Virus record (IMG/VR): IMGVR_UViG_3300030100_000989
Coordinates: 1-30,973 of that record
Strand: one strand, 5' to 3'
Source: a virus
Lineage: Duplodnaviria; Caudoviricetes
DNA: 30,973 bases
Positions 15,401 to 23,571 of this stretch are shown piece by piece. Positions within the stretch are counted from its first letter, which is position 1, and each line of letters starts with the position of its first letter. The translations under genes were made by a program, and so were the position numbers. Below the pieces are notes generated by a model. The model saw only the letters and a list, made by a program, of their open reading frames with translations. It had not been told where the DNA came from and did not search any database.

Positions 15401-16734
15401 TTTGTTGCGTCATCTTTAGCCTTAGTGCTTGGATTACCCGACAATGTTCTATCCGCTTCTGCTATTCTTTTTTTAGCAAGCTCTGCTATTTTATCCGAAA
15501 ACACATCTATTTGGTTTCTAGCCACATATAAATCTTTATCTAATCTTTCCACTAAATCTTTTTTTATTTTATTATCCTTTAAAAACTTATTAAGTGCTGT
15601 ATCTGCAGCTTTTTGTTTGTCTGTTTTTAATGTGTAAGCAAAAGTGTTAGATGCCTTATCAAAGTCTGATTTAGCCCCATAACTCTCTAACTTATCACCG
15701 ATGAGTTTTTTTAATTGTTCATATTTGGGACCATTCAACCTTCTCATGACACCACTACCTTTTAAACTTTTGGCGATATCCTCAGCGGTGTTTTGTAGTA
15801 TTAGAGAGGTATCGGTTGCAATGTCTCTAAATGCTTCAATAGAATCTATGGCAGACCTTTGTTCGGCAAAAAATCTTTTGCTAACGGGTCCGTTTGGTGT
15901 GAACTGATTGGCAATCTTACCAAATACTCTTTCAATAGGGTCGGCACTAAAAGCAGCTTTACCCCCTGATCTAGCGGCGGTGGCGACCCCCGTAAAGATA
16001 CCTGTCAAGGCTCCTCCCAAAAGTCCTGCTTCTATACCAAACTTTGCTCTGTTTAAAATTCTTCTAGTGGCATCTGATCTTCCAGGTTCTCGTGCTTCTT
16101 TGTCTGTTCTTAGTGCAGAACTACCTGTAAGTTCTTCTATGAAATCACCTGATAATGTATCTAAGTCTTGTTGATATGCTGCAGTTTCACCCACAGTTGC
16201 ACCTGCTAAACCAGAACTACCAATTAAAAACTTTTCTCTTCTAGTTTGTTTTCTTTTTAAAAAGGCCTCTTGTCTTTTTTTACTAGATAAAGACTTTACT
16301 TTTTTTAATGAAATATGTTTTCCTTTTGTTCTACTAGCTAAAACCTTTTGTGCTACTTTAGCTCCTATCTTGTAACCTGCAACACTAGGCACACCAAATT
16401 GAGTTAGTCCCTCTACAATCTTACCTGTTAAAGTTTTCTCAGCGACCTCCTCGAAAGGATTCATCTTGTCAAAAAAATCTTCAACTGCATCTGCAGTTTG
16501 AGTATCAAATCCTAAATCAATTAACTCTGCACCTAAGGACACAAATCCTTCTGGTATTTTTATAACACCAGACACTAAACCTGCGCCTCCACTGAGAGAT
16601 GCATCACCAATAGATTTAAAAAATCCTTTGTCTTCTTCTTTCTCTTTTTCGTCTTCTACAATACCTGAAAAGTCTAAAGAATCTTTCTTATCTTTATCCT
16701 CTGGTAAGATGCCTGAAAAATCTAACTCAGCCAT
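12409..16734 (-). CDS. Large internal virion / DNA ejection protein (1441 aa)
   Basis: Largest gene, at the end of an ejection-protein series; Gly/Ala-rich hydrophobic helices in the N-terminal part; no catalytic motif recognised. Confidence 0.7.
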   Translation of the reverse strand: MAELDFSGILPEDKDKKDSLDFSGIVEDEKEKEEDKGFFKSIGDASLSGGAGLVSGVIKIPEGFVSLGAELIDLGFDTQTADAVEDFFDKMNPFEEVAEKTLTGKIVEGLTQFGVPSVAGYKIGAKVAQKVLASRTKGKHISLKKVKSLSSKKRQEAFLKRKQTRREKFLIGSSGLAGATVGETAAYQQDLDTLSGDFIEELTGSSALRTDKEAREPGRSDATRRILNRAKFGIEAGLLGGALTGIFTGVATAARSGGKAAFSADPIERVFGKIANQFTPNGPVSKRFFAEQRSAIDSIEAFRDIATDTSLILQNTAEDIAKSLKGSGVMRRLNGPKYEQLKKLIGDKLESYGAKSDFDKASNTFAYTLKTDKQKAADTALNKFLKDNKIKKDLVERLDKDLYVARNQIDVFSDKIAELAKKRIAEADRTLSGNPSTKAKDDATKAKKEAERLLKATQANYGSYLTKQYQLVQNKPGGALANGLSKYEPGEDAILQAENFFVDKLLKVRAKKLSNTKDLKSPLLEQLQAGKITNKQYDELLKKNANDLANNPKSLNDIRDQASDIVNYIINQAGRNVEGVATVDKNLAKELSKEGLDLSENILKSRKLPPELRALYGEITDPFFNVANTLSKQAEFIAKYDSFENLLRANKNTKGQNTVFFDKSELTAIGKRLGIDPQKRLVEIKTSGPLKTPLDGKFTFKEVADSLNDQGLALQDNWYNNLYKYMILYPKSFSNQAKTIFSPFTHVRNFVSAAMFTTMNGNILFQNPAQTGRLFKEAFLDLYNPSSAAAVKRKIDRTRLGVRGTSVTGIETARLARETGTDLTNKNYSGFLGKTIGSMVNKVGKKFRDAYMWEDNVWKGYNFEAERSSFRKNLEGLKFTPAKLRDPKFVADMEKLVGRKIGTPRADGTIDILDDPLFRKNVYKRDGQNAYRDLGLSKSVPENELTDTFIDNMAAEITKNQIPNYEYVGQFIKNLRRLPLGTFVAFPAEIIRTGFNTIQRGAREATTAGFRGTGLRRLAGTLTTATVVPAGLVELGNQLYQATEDEMTALRRIVPSWSENGLLMATGRDKNGQLEYADLSYIFPYDQLIRPVTTMFNEVAKGEATEESINKSLFDAGVKSMAELAAPFVSESIFAEAFIDLTVRRGRDPGGRPVWNPEDPVGEKLFKGTMHILDPFIPGSYKAGTRIAQAKRNKADKRGRTFDLKDEGYGIFGFRQQKSDPDRAAPFIFTEFKDLKGKAQRTFTTDVLRGGEITAGEIIEQYIGSELRRFEIYKNFYQDVEALKTLNINKAELAAQYERITKTDRGFLESGKYIPQVPTRGTIEKFIQNYMKLEENLGRKVDPTIIDALPYITEFIRKNAGVGINENLDIELNLPQSLFNQEPQPSELDFSGILPSPNTSTGTTITGQGQKPTTNLDQTTKKAIITDMDTTEAIAERQGTI

Positions 16735-16741
16735 GGCGTTC

Positions 16742-17953
16742 TCACTTTACGTTACTAACGTCGTGGCCTTTTTGCTCTAGTTGACTAATTACCTGATCTC
16801 TTGTAGCACCTTCATTTTGTTGCAGTGCTCGCTCCACCATATTTTCAGTAATAACCACAGGAACAAATTCTGTATTTGTTGTATCAGTTGTTGTCTCTGC
16901 ACCAATTGATCTGTCTACCAATATTTCTGCTCGTGAGTAGAGATCATTGTCGGTTGTTCCTATGTTTAATGGATCGTCTCTAAGAAGTTTGAATATATCT
17001 AATATTGTGTCTCCTCTTGATTCTCCTCCACTTAATCCTCTAGCTATTCGTATTGCATAGTCTTTGTTATCATCAGGTCCTAAACCTAACTCTTTTACTA
17101 TTCTGTTATAGTTCTTTTCAAAATCAGTGAGTTTATCAGGATCAGTTTTAGCGAGTAATGTGAGTTCTCTTCTAAGTGCTGCATCCTGTTCTGTGGCTAT
17201 ATCTTTTTCTGTTGCCTCTAGTGCTAGTAAGTTCACTGCTCTTTCATCTTCATAGGCTTTTCTACCCAACTCAGCAAATGCATTCAAAGGATCTTTAGCA
17301 GACTTTGCCACTTTGTCTAAGAAGTTTGATCCTTGAGCGGATGCCAAATTTAAACCAAATTGTGCTAGTTGTAAAAAGCCCTGTCTTTTAATCATCTCTT
17401 TTGGGTTGCCTAATAACTCTTTATATAATTCAGACTTTTCTAAATACTTTTTCTTTAATGCTTCAAAGTCACTGACCTTTTCTTCTTCATCGCCTATGTT
17501 CTTATCAACATCACCTGATCTATCTATTGTATCTGAACCCTCCGCAGCGGGTTTTCTTAAAAAGTCATCTTTCTCTTTATCCTCTTTTTCTTTTTCTTTT
17601 TCTCTTAAAGTTTGAAGAGCTTCTCTATCTGCTTTTTCTTTTTCTAATCTTTCCTTTTCAGCGGCGGCGGCTTGTATTAATAATCTCTCAGCTTCTTTTT
17701 CTTTCTCGAATGCTGCTTGTTTTGCTCTATCTCCTGCTACAAATTTTCCATATTTTCCATAAGTTTCCTCTAATAATTGATCTGCGGTCTTAACCCTAGG
17801 AACCGAAGCAAGACTAGTGCCTCCAGTCATAGCCCTTGACTGCCCTGGCCCCATCCCAACAATACCACCGTTAGCAAATGCAGGTAAACCATACTGACGT
17901 AATTGGTTCTTGGTCAGTCGTCGTTGAAACATAGGTCTGTCTAAAATAGCCAT
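16742..17953 (-). CDS. Putative internal virion/ejection protein (403 aa)
   Basis: N-terminal LDRPMF and FANGG motifs, charged coiled coil, amphipathic LQLAQFGLNLAS; role inferred from position. Confidence 0.65.
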   Translation of the reverse strand: MAILDRPMFQRRLTKNQLRQYGLPAFANGGIVGMGPGQSRAMTGGTSLASVPRVKTADQLLEETYGKYGKFVAGDRAKQAAFEKEKEAERLLIQAAAAEKERLEKEKADREALQTLREKEKEKEDKEKDDFLRKPAAEGSDTIDRSGDVDKNIGDEEEKVSDFEALKKKYLEKSELYKELLGNPKEMIKRQGFLQLAQFGLNLASAQGSNFLDKVAKSAKDPLNAFAELGRKAYEDERAVNLLALEATEKDIATEQDAALRRELTLLAKTDPDKLTDFEKNYNRIVKELGLGPDDNKDYAIRIARGLSGGESRGDTILDIFKLLRDDPLNIGTTDNDLYSRAEILVDRSIGAETTTDTTNTEFVPVVITENMVERALQQNEGATRDQVISQLEQKGHDVSNVK

Positions 17954-18943
17954 CTAACCTCCAAACAAGGAGCTAATACCTCCTAGTCCTCCTGTTATAT
18001 TTCCATACGCACCTAATCCTGCGATACCTAATCCCGCCACTTGTTGTAGTAGTGATGGAGAAGGACTTTGAGAATAAGTTATTTGTGAAGAAGGCACGCC
18101 TCGTAAAATATCAGATGCGAAAGCCACTCTTTCAAAAGGTTCTTTTTGTTCAGCGAGAGTTGTTGCTCTTGCGGCTTCAATTTGTGCTTGACCAGGCACA
18201 AACGCTTGAGTTGTAGGATCTACAAAACCAAACTGTTGTGTTAACTGTCCAAGACCTAATAATCTATCTATATCTCTAGATGCTAATTGTTGTCCAAGTT
18301 GCCCCAATCCTGCTTGTCCTTGTGCTGCCTGTAAAGTTTGAGTTCCTAAAGTTCCTAACTGTTGAGCAGTTCTAGCTTGTGCTTGTTGTGCTTGTAAAAA
18401 GTTTCTTGATAGATCTTCAAAAATTCTTTGCGATTTTACCTGTGCTAAGTTTCTAGCCTCCTCCGCTTCACGAACACCAAATCGTGAACCACCAAAAGCC
18501 CCTGCTGCAACTGCCTCTGCCGCAGTTCTTTGAGATTGCATTTCCGCCTGCCTGTCTAATTCTTTTAATGCCTCTTGTGTTACTTGTTGTTGAAAAGGAT
18601 CCATGAAAGTAGAAATTTGATTTGGATCTAAAGTCTGTTGAGCAGCACTCAAGGCCCCGAGCCCTGTTCCTATCGTGGTGCCTGCAGCGTCTAAAAAAGG
18701 TTGATATGCACCTAACCCCTCTTGTGCTCTTTTAATAGCTGCTTGTTGTTGTGGAGATAGCCCCGCTACCTCAAAGGCAGGGATAGTGGTGGCTCTTCCA
18801 GCTAGTCCTTCCTGTCCTTCTCGAAAGTCAGGATCTCCTGGCTCTCCAATCTGTGGTATGCCAAAAACTGAAGCTAATAATTTTTCTACTCTATCTTCAA
18901 TAAAAGGAGCTTGTCTTTGAAACTGAACTACTTCTTGAACCAT
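17954..18943 (-). CDS. Putative DNA ejection/pilot protein (329 aa)
   Basis: Q/A-rich helices, AGAFGGSRFGVREAE motif, Gly-rich hydrophobic C-terminus. Confidence 0.7.
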   Translation of the reverse strand: MVQEVVQFQRQAPFIEDRVEKLLASVFGIPQIGEPGDPDFREGQEGLAGRATTIPAFEVAGLSPQQQAAIKRAQEGLGAYQPFLDAAGTTIGTGLGALSAAQQTLDPNQISTFMDPFQQQVTQEALKELDRQAEMQSQRTAAEAVAAGAFGGSRFGVREAEEARNLAQVKSQRIFEDLSRNFLQAQQAQARTAQQLGTLGTQTLQAAQGQAGLGQLGQQLASRDIDRLLGLGQLTQQFGFVDPTTQAFVPGQAQIEAARATTLAEQKEPFERVAFASDILRGVPSSQITYSQSPSPSLLQQVAGLGIAGLGAYGNITGGLGGISSLFGG

Positions 18944-19794
18944 TATGCTACTCTCTTTTCAAATTTATCCATCATGTCATACATCATCTTAGCGCCTTTG
19001 CGACGTTGCTCTAACTTATCATCTTTATTAGCCCCATTCAATGCACCTAATCCTCTAACTGCTTTTGCAGTCATTACAAACTCACCATCAGACAACATTG
19101 CAGGGATGTCGTCAGATTTTTCTGTTCCTGGTCCGTCGATCTGTCCTGTTCGACGAGGAAATCCTCCATCAGCAACTCTCGCTATTGGTTGTATTGTTGG
19201 AGAAGAAGCTCCATATTGTCCTGTTGCAGTATCAAAAAAAACTGCTTTAGGAGGAGTGATGTCTAACATGCCTCTACTTCCCGCTTCAACTGGAGGAGGG
19301 ACACTTAACTTTTCTTCGTCCTTATCAAAAGCACCCAATGCCCCTAAAGTACCAAGACCTAAAGCACCTGTTGCAAGTTTATTTGCTTTTGCAAACTCTA
19401 ATGCTTTTTGACCAAGTGTTTTTTGAACAGCAGAAGTTTGTGCTTGTTTTTTTGCACCTTCCTCCATTGCTTGCGCTAAGGCTCTATTTCCTACTGGGGC
19501 AGTTCCACTAGCTGTTGTTGCAGGAGTTCCAAAACCTAACGCAGATTTTGCACTTGCACCGAAAGCACCTAGACCTTTACCCCCTACTAAACCGAAAGAG
19601 GGTGCAATTGCTCCTAAACCATAACCCATTAAAGCAGATGTAGCTATGTTTGCAGGATTGTCTCCTCTAACTGCTGATCCTATTCCTGCACCGATAGACG
19701 CTCCTATGGGTCCGCCAAATGCGAAACCCACTGCGCCTGTGATAACTGGTAGGATCTTCTTAAACATTTTACTCCTCGCCTGTAGCTGCACCAC
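18943..19794 (-). CDS. Virion protein with glycine-zipper N-terminus and tape-measure-like C-terminal motif
   Basis: GPIGASIGAGIG; ADGG...GPGTEKSDDIPAMLSDGEFVMTAKAV. The true start is probably the downstream ATG (MFKKILP) just after the upstream stop. Confidence 0.7.
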   Translation of the reverse strand: MVQLQARSKMFKKILPVITGAVGFAFGGPIGASIGAGIGSAVRGDNPANIATSALMGYGLGAIAPSFGLVGGKGLGAFGASAKSALGFGTPATTASGTAPVGNRALAQAMEEGAKKQAQTSAVQKTLGQKALEFAKANKLATGALGLGTLGALGAFDKDEEKLSVPPPVEAGSRGMLDITPPKAVFFDTATGQYGASSPTIQPIARVADGGFPRRTGQIDGPGTEKSDDIPAMLSDGEFVMTAKAVRGLGALNGANKDDKLEQRRKGAKMMYDMMDKFEKRVA

Positions 19795-20020
19795 TGAATA
19801 AGTTAGGTGCTATTACATTAACATCTCTTCTAATATCTTCTTCTTTTGTTTCTGTTTCTGGATTGTCAATATCTGCTTGACACTCCTCATGTGAATCGTA
19901 CTCTTGCCCTGTCTTGGTGTTTGTAACTGTAGTCTCTACTTTAGCACTATATACGGGGACTTTTTTACCGTCTATTATGTCATGACGTAATAGGACGGGT
20001 TCATCTATAATTTTCGCCAT
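19769..20020 (-). CDS. Hypothetical acidic protein (83 aa)
   Basis: In the late operon; TNTKTGQEYDS segment; promoter-like element 6 nt upstream. Confidence 0.8.
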   Translation of the reverse strand: MAKIIDEPVLLRHDIIDGKKVPVYSAKVETTVTNTKTGQEYDSHEECQADIDNPETETKEEDIRRDVNVIAPNLFSGAATGEE

Positions 20021-20059
20021 AATATAGTTCTATAGACGAAAAGCTATGAAATCAATAGT

Positions 20060-20650
20060 TTATATCTTAAAACCTAAGTTGCCTGATATAGATATTCTGT
20101 ATTCGTCTGAGGTATAAAAAGGGTAAACACAATGATTTAAATTAGCAGGAAACAAAGCTACTTTACCCTCCCAACTGTTGTCAACAGGCAAGGCCTCTTG
20201 CGTAATTCTACCACTAGGATCAGAAAAAAAGAAAGCAAACATACCTGCTCTAAAATCATGATCCATCATGCTAGCTAATCTCTCTTTTTCATCTTTCATG
20301 GTGTAAGGTACCTTGTGCCAAATTACAAAACTATATAGCCCGTCGTGTACATGCATTGGGTTAAACTCATATTTTTTCTGAAAGTTAACCCAAAGGTTAA
20401 ACAGTTCAATCTCACACGCTTTGTAGTTTATTGTGGAGTGTGCTTTTTTAAAATAATTTGGATATTTTTCTTGATGCTTTATTATCATTTGCATCAACAT
20501 AGGCGAGACCGCAGCCTTACCTTTTGGTATAGCATACTCGTGTTTGATATTACCAGCGAGGTCTTGATTCAAAGGCGATAGTCCTTTTTCATCTATTACA
20601 TTATTTAATATTTCTAATATTTCTTTTGGTACGTCAGCTAATACATACAT
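20060..20650 (-). CDS. Fe(II)/2OG-dependent oxygenase (HxH...H type)
   Basis: WVNFQKKYEFNPMHVH, FPANLNHCVYPF, RISISGN (2OG-binding Arg). Confidence 0.88.
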   Translation of the reverse strand: MYVLADVPKEILEILNNVIDEKGLSPLNQDLAGNIKHEYAIPKGKAAVSPMLMQMIIKHQEKYPNYFKKAHSTINYKACEIELFNLWVNFQKKYEFNPMHVHDGLYSFVIWHKVPYTMKDEKERLASMMDHDFRAGMFAFFFSDPSGRITQEALPVDNSWEGKVALFPANLNHCVYPFYTSDEYRISISGNLGFKI

Positions 20651-21006
20651 TATTGTTGTTGTTTTACCTCTAATACTGAAACCTCTATCATCGCTCTTGA
20701 GGCGGCATTGGCTTGAACTTTCATAGAGTCCCCCTCTTGATAAACCATACTAGTGCTTATGGTGTTTGTGTTTGAAGCCGCTACATCAACTTGAAAGATT
20801 TGAAAATCTGCACTACCATCATTATGATCGACATTTACAGTCACTGCTGCAGATCCGTCATAGTTATGAGTATTGATTGTTTTAACAATAAAAGTTGATA
20901 CAGGAACAGGGGGTGTTGCAGCCACGTTAGCGGTTGGAACTGTAAACACTGTAGTCAAGTCTGTTGTGGTAACATTCGTTATAAATCTTTTAAATACATC
21001 AGCCAT
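20650..21006 (-). CDS. Putative virion structural protein, beta-rich (118 aa)
   Basis: T/V-rich, ends YQEGDSMKVQA...VSVLEV; AAGGAG SD inside the upstream gene. Confidence 0.7.
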   Translation of the reverse strand: MADVFKRFITNVTTTDLTTVFTVPTANVAATPPVPVSTFIVKTINTHNYDGSAAVTVNVDHNDGSADFQIFQVDVAASNTNTISTSMVYQEGDSMKVQANAASRAMIEVSVLEVKQQQ

Positions 21007-21172
21007 TAGAAAAAAACCAACTCCTTCTAGTGGACTCCTCTTGTGTGTCCTGTGTGTATTGAGTATTCAATTGTTGAACTAGTTCTTCTAGTTGTCTTAT
21101 CAACTCAGCAGACTGTTGAGCATCATACTCAGGTCTAGGATCGGGAAATCTTTGTAATGTTAATTTAGCCAT
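20999..21172 (-). CDS. Small putative structural protein (57 aa; not in ORF track)
   Basis: Translated by hand: MAKLTLQRFPDPRPEYDAQQSAELIRQLEELVQQLNTQYTQDTQEESTRRSWFFSNG; TAATG-coupled upstream, overlaps the next start, fills the gap. Confidence 0.8.
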   Translation of the reverse strand: MAKLTLQRFPDPRPEYDAQQSAELIRQLEELVQQLNTQYTQDTQEESTRRSWFFSNG

Positions 21173-21738
21173 TATTCGATATTACATGTCAAAGATAATT
21201 TTGCATCACTTATTTCTACCACTTGATGATCTATGCCCTTATCAAACCAAATTACGTCTTGATCTTTTAAAATAACTTCTTTTCCATCAATTATCCATTT
21301 AGATGTGCCATAAATATTTTTAACAATAACAGGATATTCATGATTATGTTTAGGAAAAGATACTGATTTTTTACCATTACCAAAGTATAAATTACAATTT
21401 ATATGTCTTTGATAGTTTTGATTTAAAATTTGTTGAATGAGCCAAAGGTCTTTGCATAAACCTCCAGTGTTTGAAAGTATTAAACAATAACCCTCCTCAT
21501 AGCATTTTATGCAATCTAAAGAATTTAAGTGATTGTCATCATCATAAAAGTCTTGATGTTTAGTGCCATCTTCTTTTATTGCCTCTACGCTTGGTTGAAG
21601 GTAGTTTTGACCTGAATAAAGTTTAGGCCAACGATATCTATCTAATAATCTTTCTAAGATAGTGTCCTCTGTTGTGGACATCTCTTGACTTTTTAATTGT
21701 TGTATAAGTCTATCTTCTACCATCAGGTTGTATGTCAA
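21172..21738 (-). CDS. JmjC/cupin-like oxygenase (YcfD/ROXA-like pattern)
   Basis: CNLYFG...FPKHNHEYPVIVKNIYGTSKW...DVIWFDKGIDHQV; the start may be ATG 21723. Confidence 0.75.
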   Translation of the reverse strand: MTYNLMVEDRLIQQLKSQEMSTTEDTILERLLDRYRWPKLYSGQNYLQPSVEAIKEDGTKHQDFYDDDNHLNSLDCIKCYEEGYCLILSNTGGLCKDLWLIQQILNQNYQRHINCNLYFGNGKKSVSFPKHNHEYPVIVKNIYGTSKWIIDGKEVILKDQDVIWFDKGIDHQVVEISDAKLSLTCNIE

Positions 21739-23536
21739 ATCTTTGAGTGCCTAATCTCCAAGCAGTTCCTGTTGTATTAGAGACAAGATTAACAGTAAAC
21801 TCTCTACCTCTACCACGAAGACTTACAAAGTCCGTGGTGTCTGAAAAACTAGTTGTTTTAGTCACACTTGTGCTATTGTTAGGATAATTTTTAAATTCAA
21901 GTTTTGCATTTAAAACACCCTCTTGATCTTCAACGTCTGGTATAATTTTAGACACAAAAGCGAACTCATCCCCTTGAGCTATTTGTACTACACCAGATTT
22001 TACAAAAGCTGTTATTGCTTGGCCGTCTCCATTGTTGCCTGTTTCGTGTAAAAACACTGATGAAGCACCATCAGTTAATCCACTTATTACTTCGTTGTTA
22101 GCGGTAGCTGTGGGACTATACTCTGTTGCTATAGGATTATCATACACCTCTCTGTCAATCCATGTCGTTCTTGATAAAGTACCAGTCCACCATGTACCCT
22201 CTAAGTAGTTGTAAGCGACTATAGCGTTTATTTGATCTGATCCTGTTCTAGGATAAAACCACATGATTTCATTAAACTCTCCATTATGTCCTGCAAAAGC
22301 GTTTTCTGCCCCAGTTACATTAATGTTATTAAAAATAAATTGTTCTACGGTGCATGGTAATTTTTTTACTGAACCATCAAAAAGAAAGAAGGAGTCTTGT
22401 GACATCCAATAACTTATACCATTAATATCAACACCTGCATGACTTCCAACAATACCGCAGTTTTGACCTAGCTGTCTTAAACCAAAAGTAAAAGGTGGAC
22501 CAATAAATTGTAAACTATGTAGTGATGTATCTGTCCAAACTAATATTTGTCCCCTAGATCTTTCTGCAGCCACAATCCGTGATCCGTCGGCAATACGAAG
22601 TGATCCAGCAGTATTTTCTGCTGTCGGTTGATATGTATTTCTATCTTCTTGATTTGAGAATCTTAATAATAAATCATCTTGTGAATCTGATGTACCTATG
22701 GTTTTTTCTGTTCCAAAGAATAATATATGTCTGTCGGGAGTAGAAACCAAACTTAATCTAGATGCAGTCGGTGCGTTTGTAATGGCTGTGGCTCTTGTGG
22801 ATACGCCTGAGCTAGGACTCCATTCAAACGCTCCACCATTTAACACAGTTGCAATTAGTAATTGACCAAAGTTATCTAGAGACCATTGTCTAGCTTCTAA
22901 TGTTACATTAGAGGTTGTCGATGGAGTCCCCCATGTGCTTGAACCCCATGTATCTGTGCCCCAACCAAAAGCTGAAGTAGACAGTTCAGGCCCAATAGAT
23001 ATTTGATATTTAGCATTACCTGAACCTCCACCACCAGATGTGGATCCTGATGCAGCCGATGTGGTAGTTACAACATAGGCGTCTGTATTTGCTACAGATG
23101 TCACCTCAAACTCTTTATTCATGTCTAATCCGTCTATAGCAGAAAAAGAGTCGAAAGTTACAAAATCTCCTTTTTGTGCACCATGACCTGTATCAGTAAC
23201 AACAACGGATGTAGTGGCGTTAGTAGTAAATGGATTAGTTAAGGCCTGTGTTTCTCTAATAGGAGTAATATCATAGGCTCTACCTTCTTCGAAAACATAG
23301 AGCTTTCTATCAGTGCCAAATGCGTTGTATCTTGTGCCATCGAGGGCAATCCAAGCATGCTGGTCTCTAACCACACCTACTAATGTTGTTGAAAGAAATC
23401 TTTCCCACCCCTTTATTTTCTGTGCAGATCCTTGAAAAAAACGCACCATGTCACCATCAGTCCATTTACCCTGACCTGTATAGTCAGTGACTTCCTTGTT
23501 GATACCTGGTGCTGGTCTAAAATTTACTAGGGGCAT
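21710..23536 (-). CDS. Tail nozzle / DNA-stabilisation (P22 gp10-like, beta-propeller) protein
   Basis: 608 aa; repeated beta-blade patterns (WSLDNFG, LLRFSNQE, ILVWTD, YWMSQDSFFLFDG, EIMWFYP); located upstream of the ejection genes. Confidence 0.7.
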   Translation of the reverse strand: MPLVNFRPAPGINKEVTDYTGQGKWTDGDMVRFFQGSAQKIKGWERFLSTTLVGVVRDQHAWIALDGTRYNAFGTDRKLYVFEEGRAYDITPIRETQALTNPFTTNATTSVVVTDTGHGAQKGDFVTFDSFSAIDGLDMNKEFEVTSVANTDAYVVTTTSAASGSTSGGGGSGNAKYQISIGPELSTSAFGWGTDTWGSSTWGTPSTTSNVTLEARQWSLDNFGQLLIATVLNGGAFEWSPSSGVSTRATAITNAPTASRLSLVSTPDRHILFFGTEKTIGTSDSQDDLLLRFSNQEDRNTYQPTAENTAGSLRIADGSRIVAAERSRGQILVWTDTSLHSLQFIGPPFTFGLRQLGQNCGIVGSHAGVDINGISYWMSQDSFFLFDGSVKKLPCTVEQFIFNNINVTGAENAFAGHNGEFNEIMWFYPRTGSDQINAIVAYNYLEGTWWTGTLSRTTWIDREVYDNPIATEYSPTATANNEVISGLTDGASSVFLHETGNNGDGQAITAFVKSGVVQIAQGDEFAFVSKIIPDVEDQEGVLNAKLEFKNYPNNSTSVTKTTSFSDTTDFVSLRGRGREFTVNLVSNTTGTAWRLGTQRFDIQPDGRR

Positions 23537-23542
23537 AAGCTA

Positions 23543-23571
23543 AATATATATAAATTACTCTTTTTTAGCAA
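23543..23571 (-). promoter_or_regulatory. Promoter for a probable leaderless tail gene
   Basis: TTGCTA-17-TATATT, then 6 nt to ATG 23536; no SD. Confidence 0.55.

Noticed and set aside
12409-16734. Virion RNA polymerase or lytic transglycosylase domain in the 1441-aa protein
   Set aside because: No RNAP catalytic or SLT motifs recognised by eye; a profile search would be needed.
11444-21082. Many plus-strand ORFs opposite the late genes (e.g. 13190, 14711, 15908, 18911, 20873)
   Set aside because: Antisense shadows of long minus-strand genes, with no SD or protein-like motifs. The same applies to 4189, 4434, 7815, 9331, 26819, 29563, 29964 and 30471.
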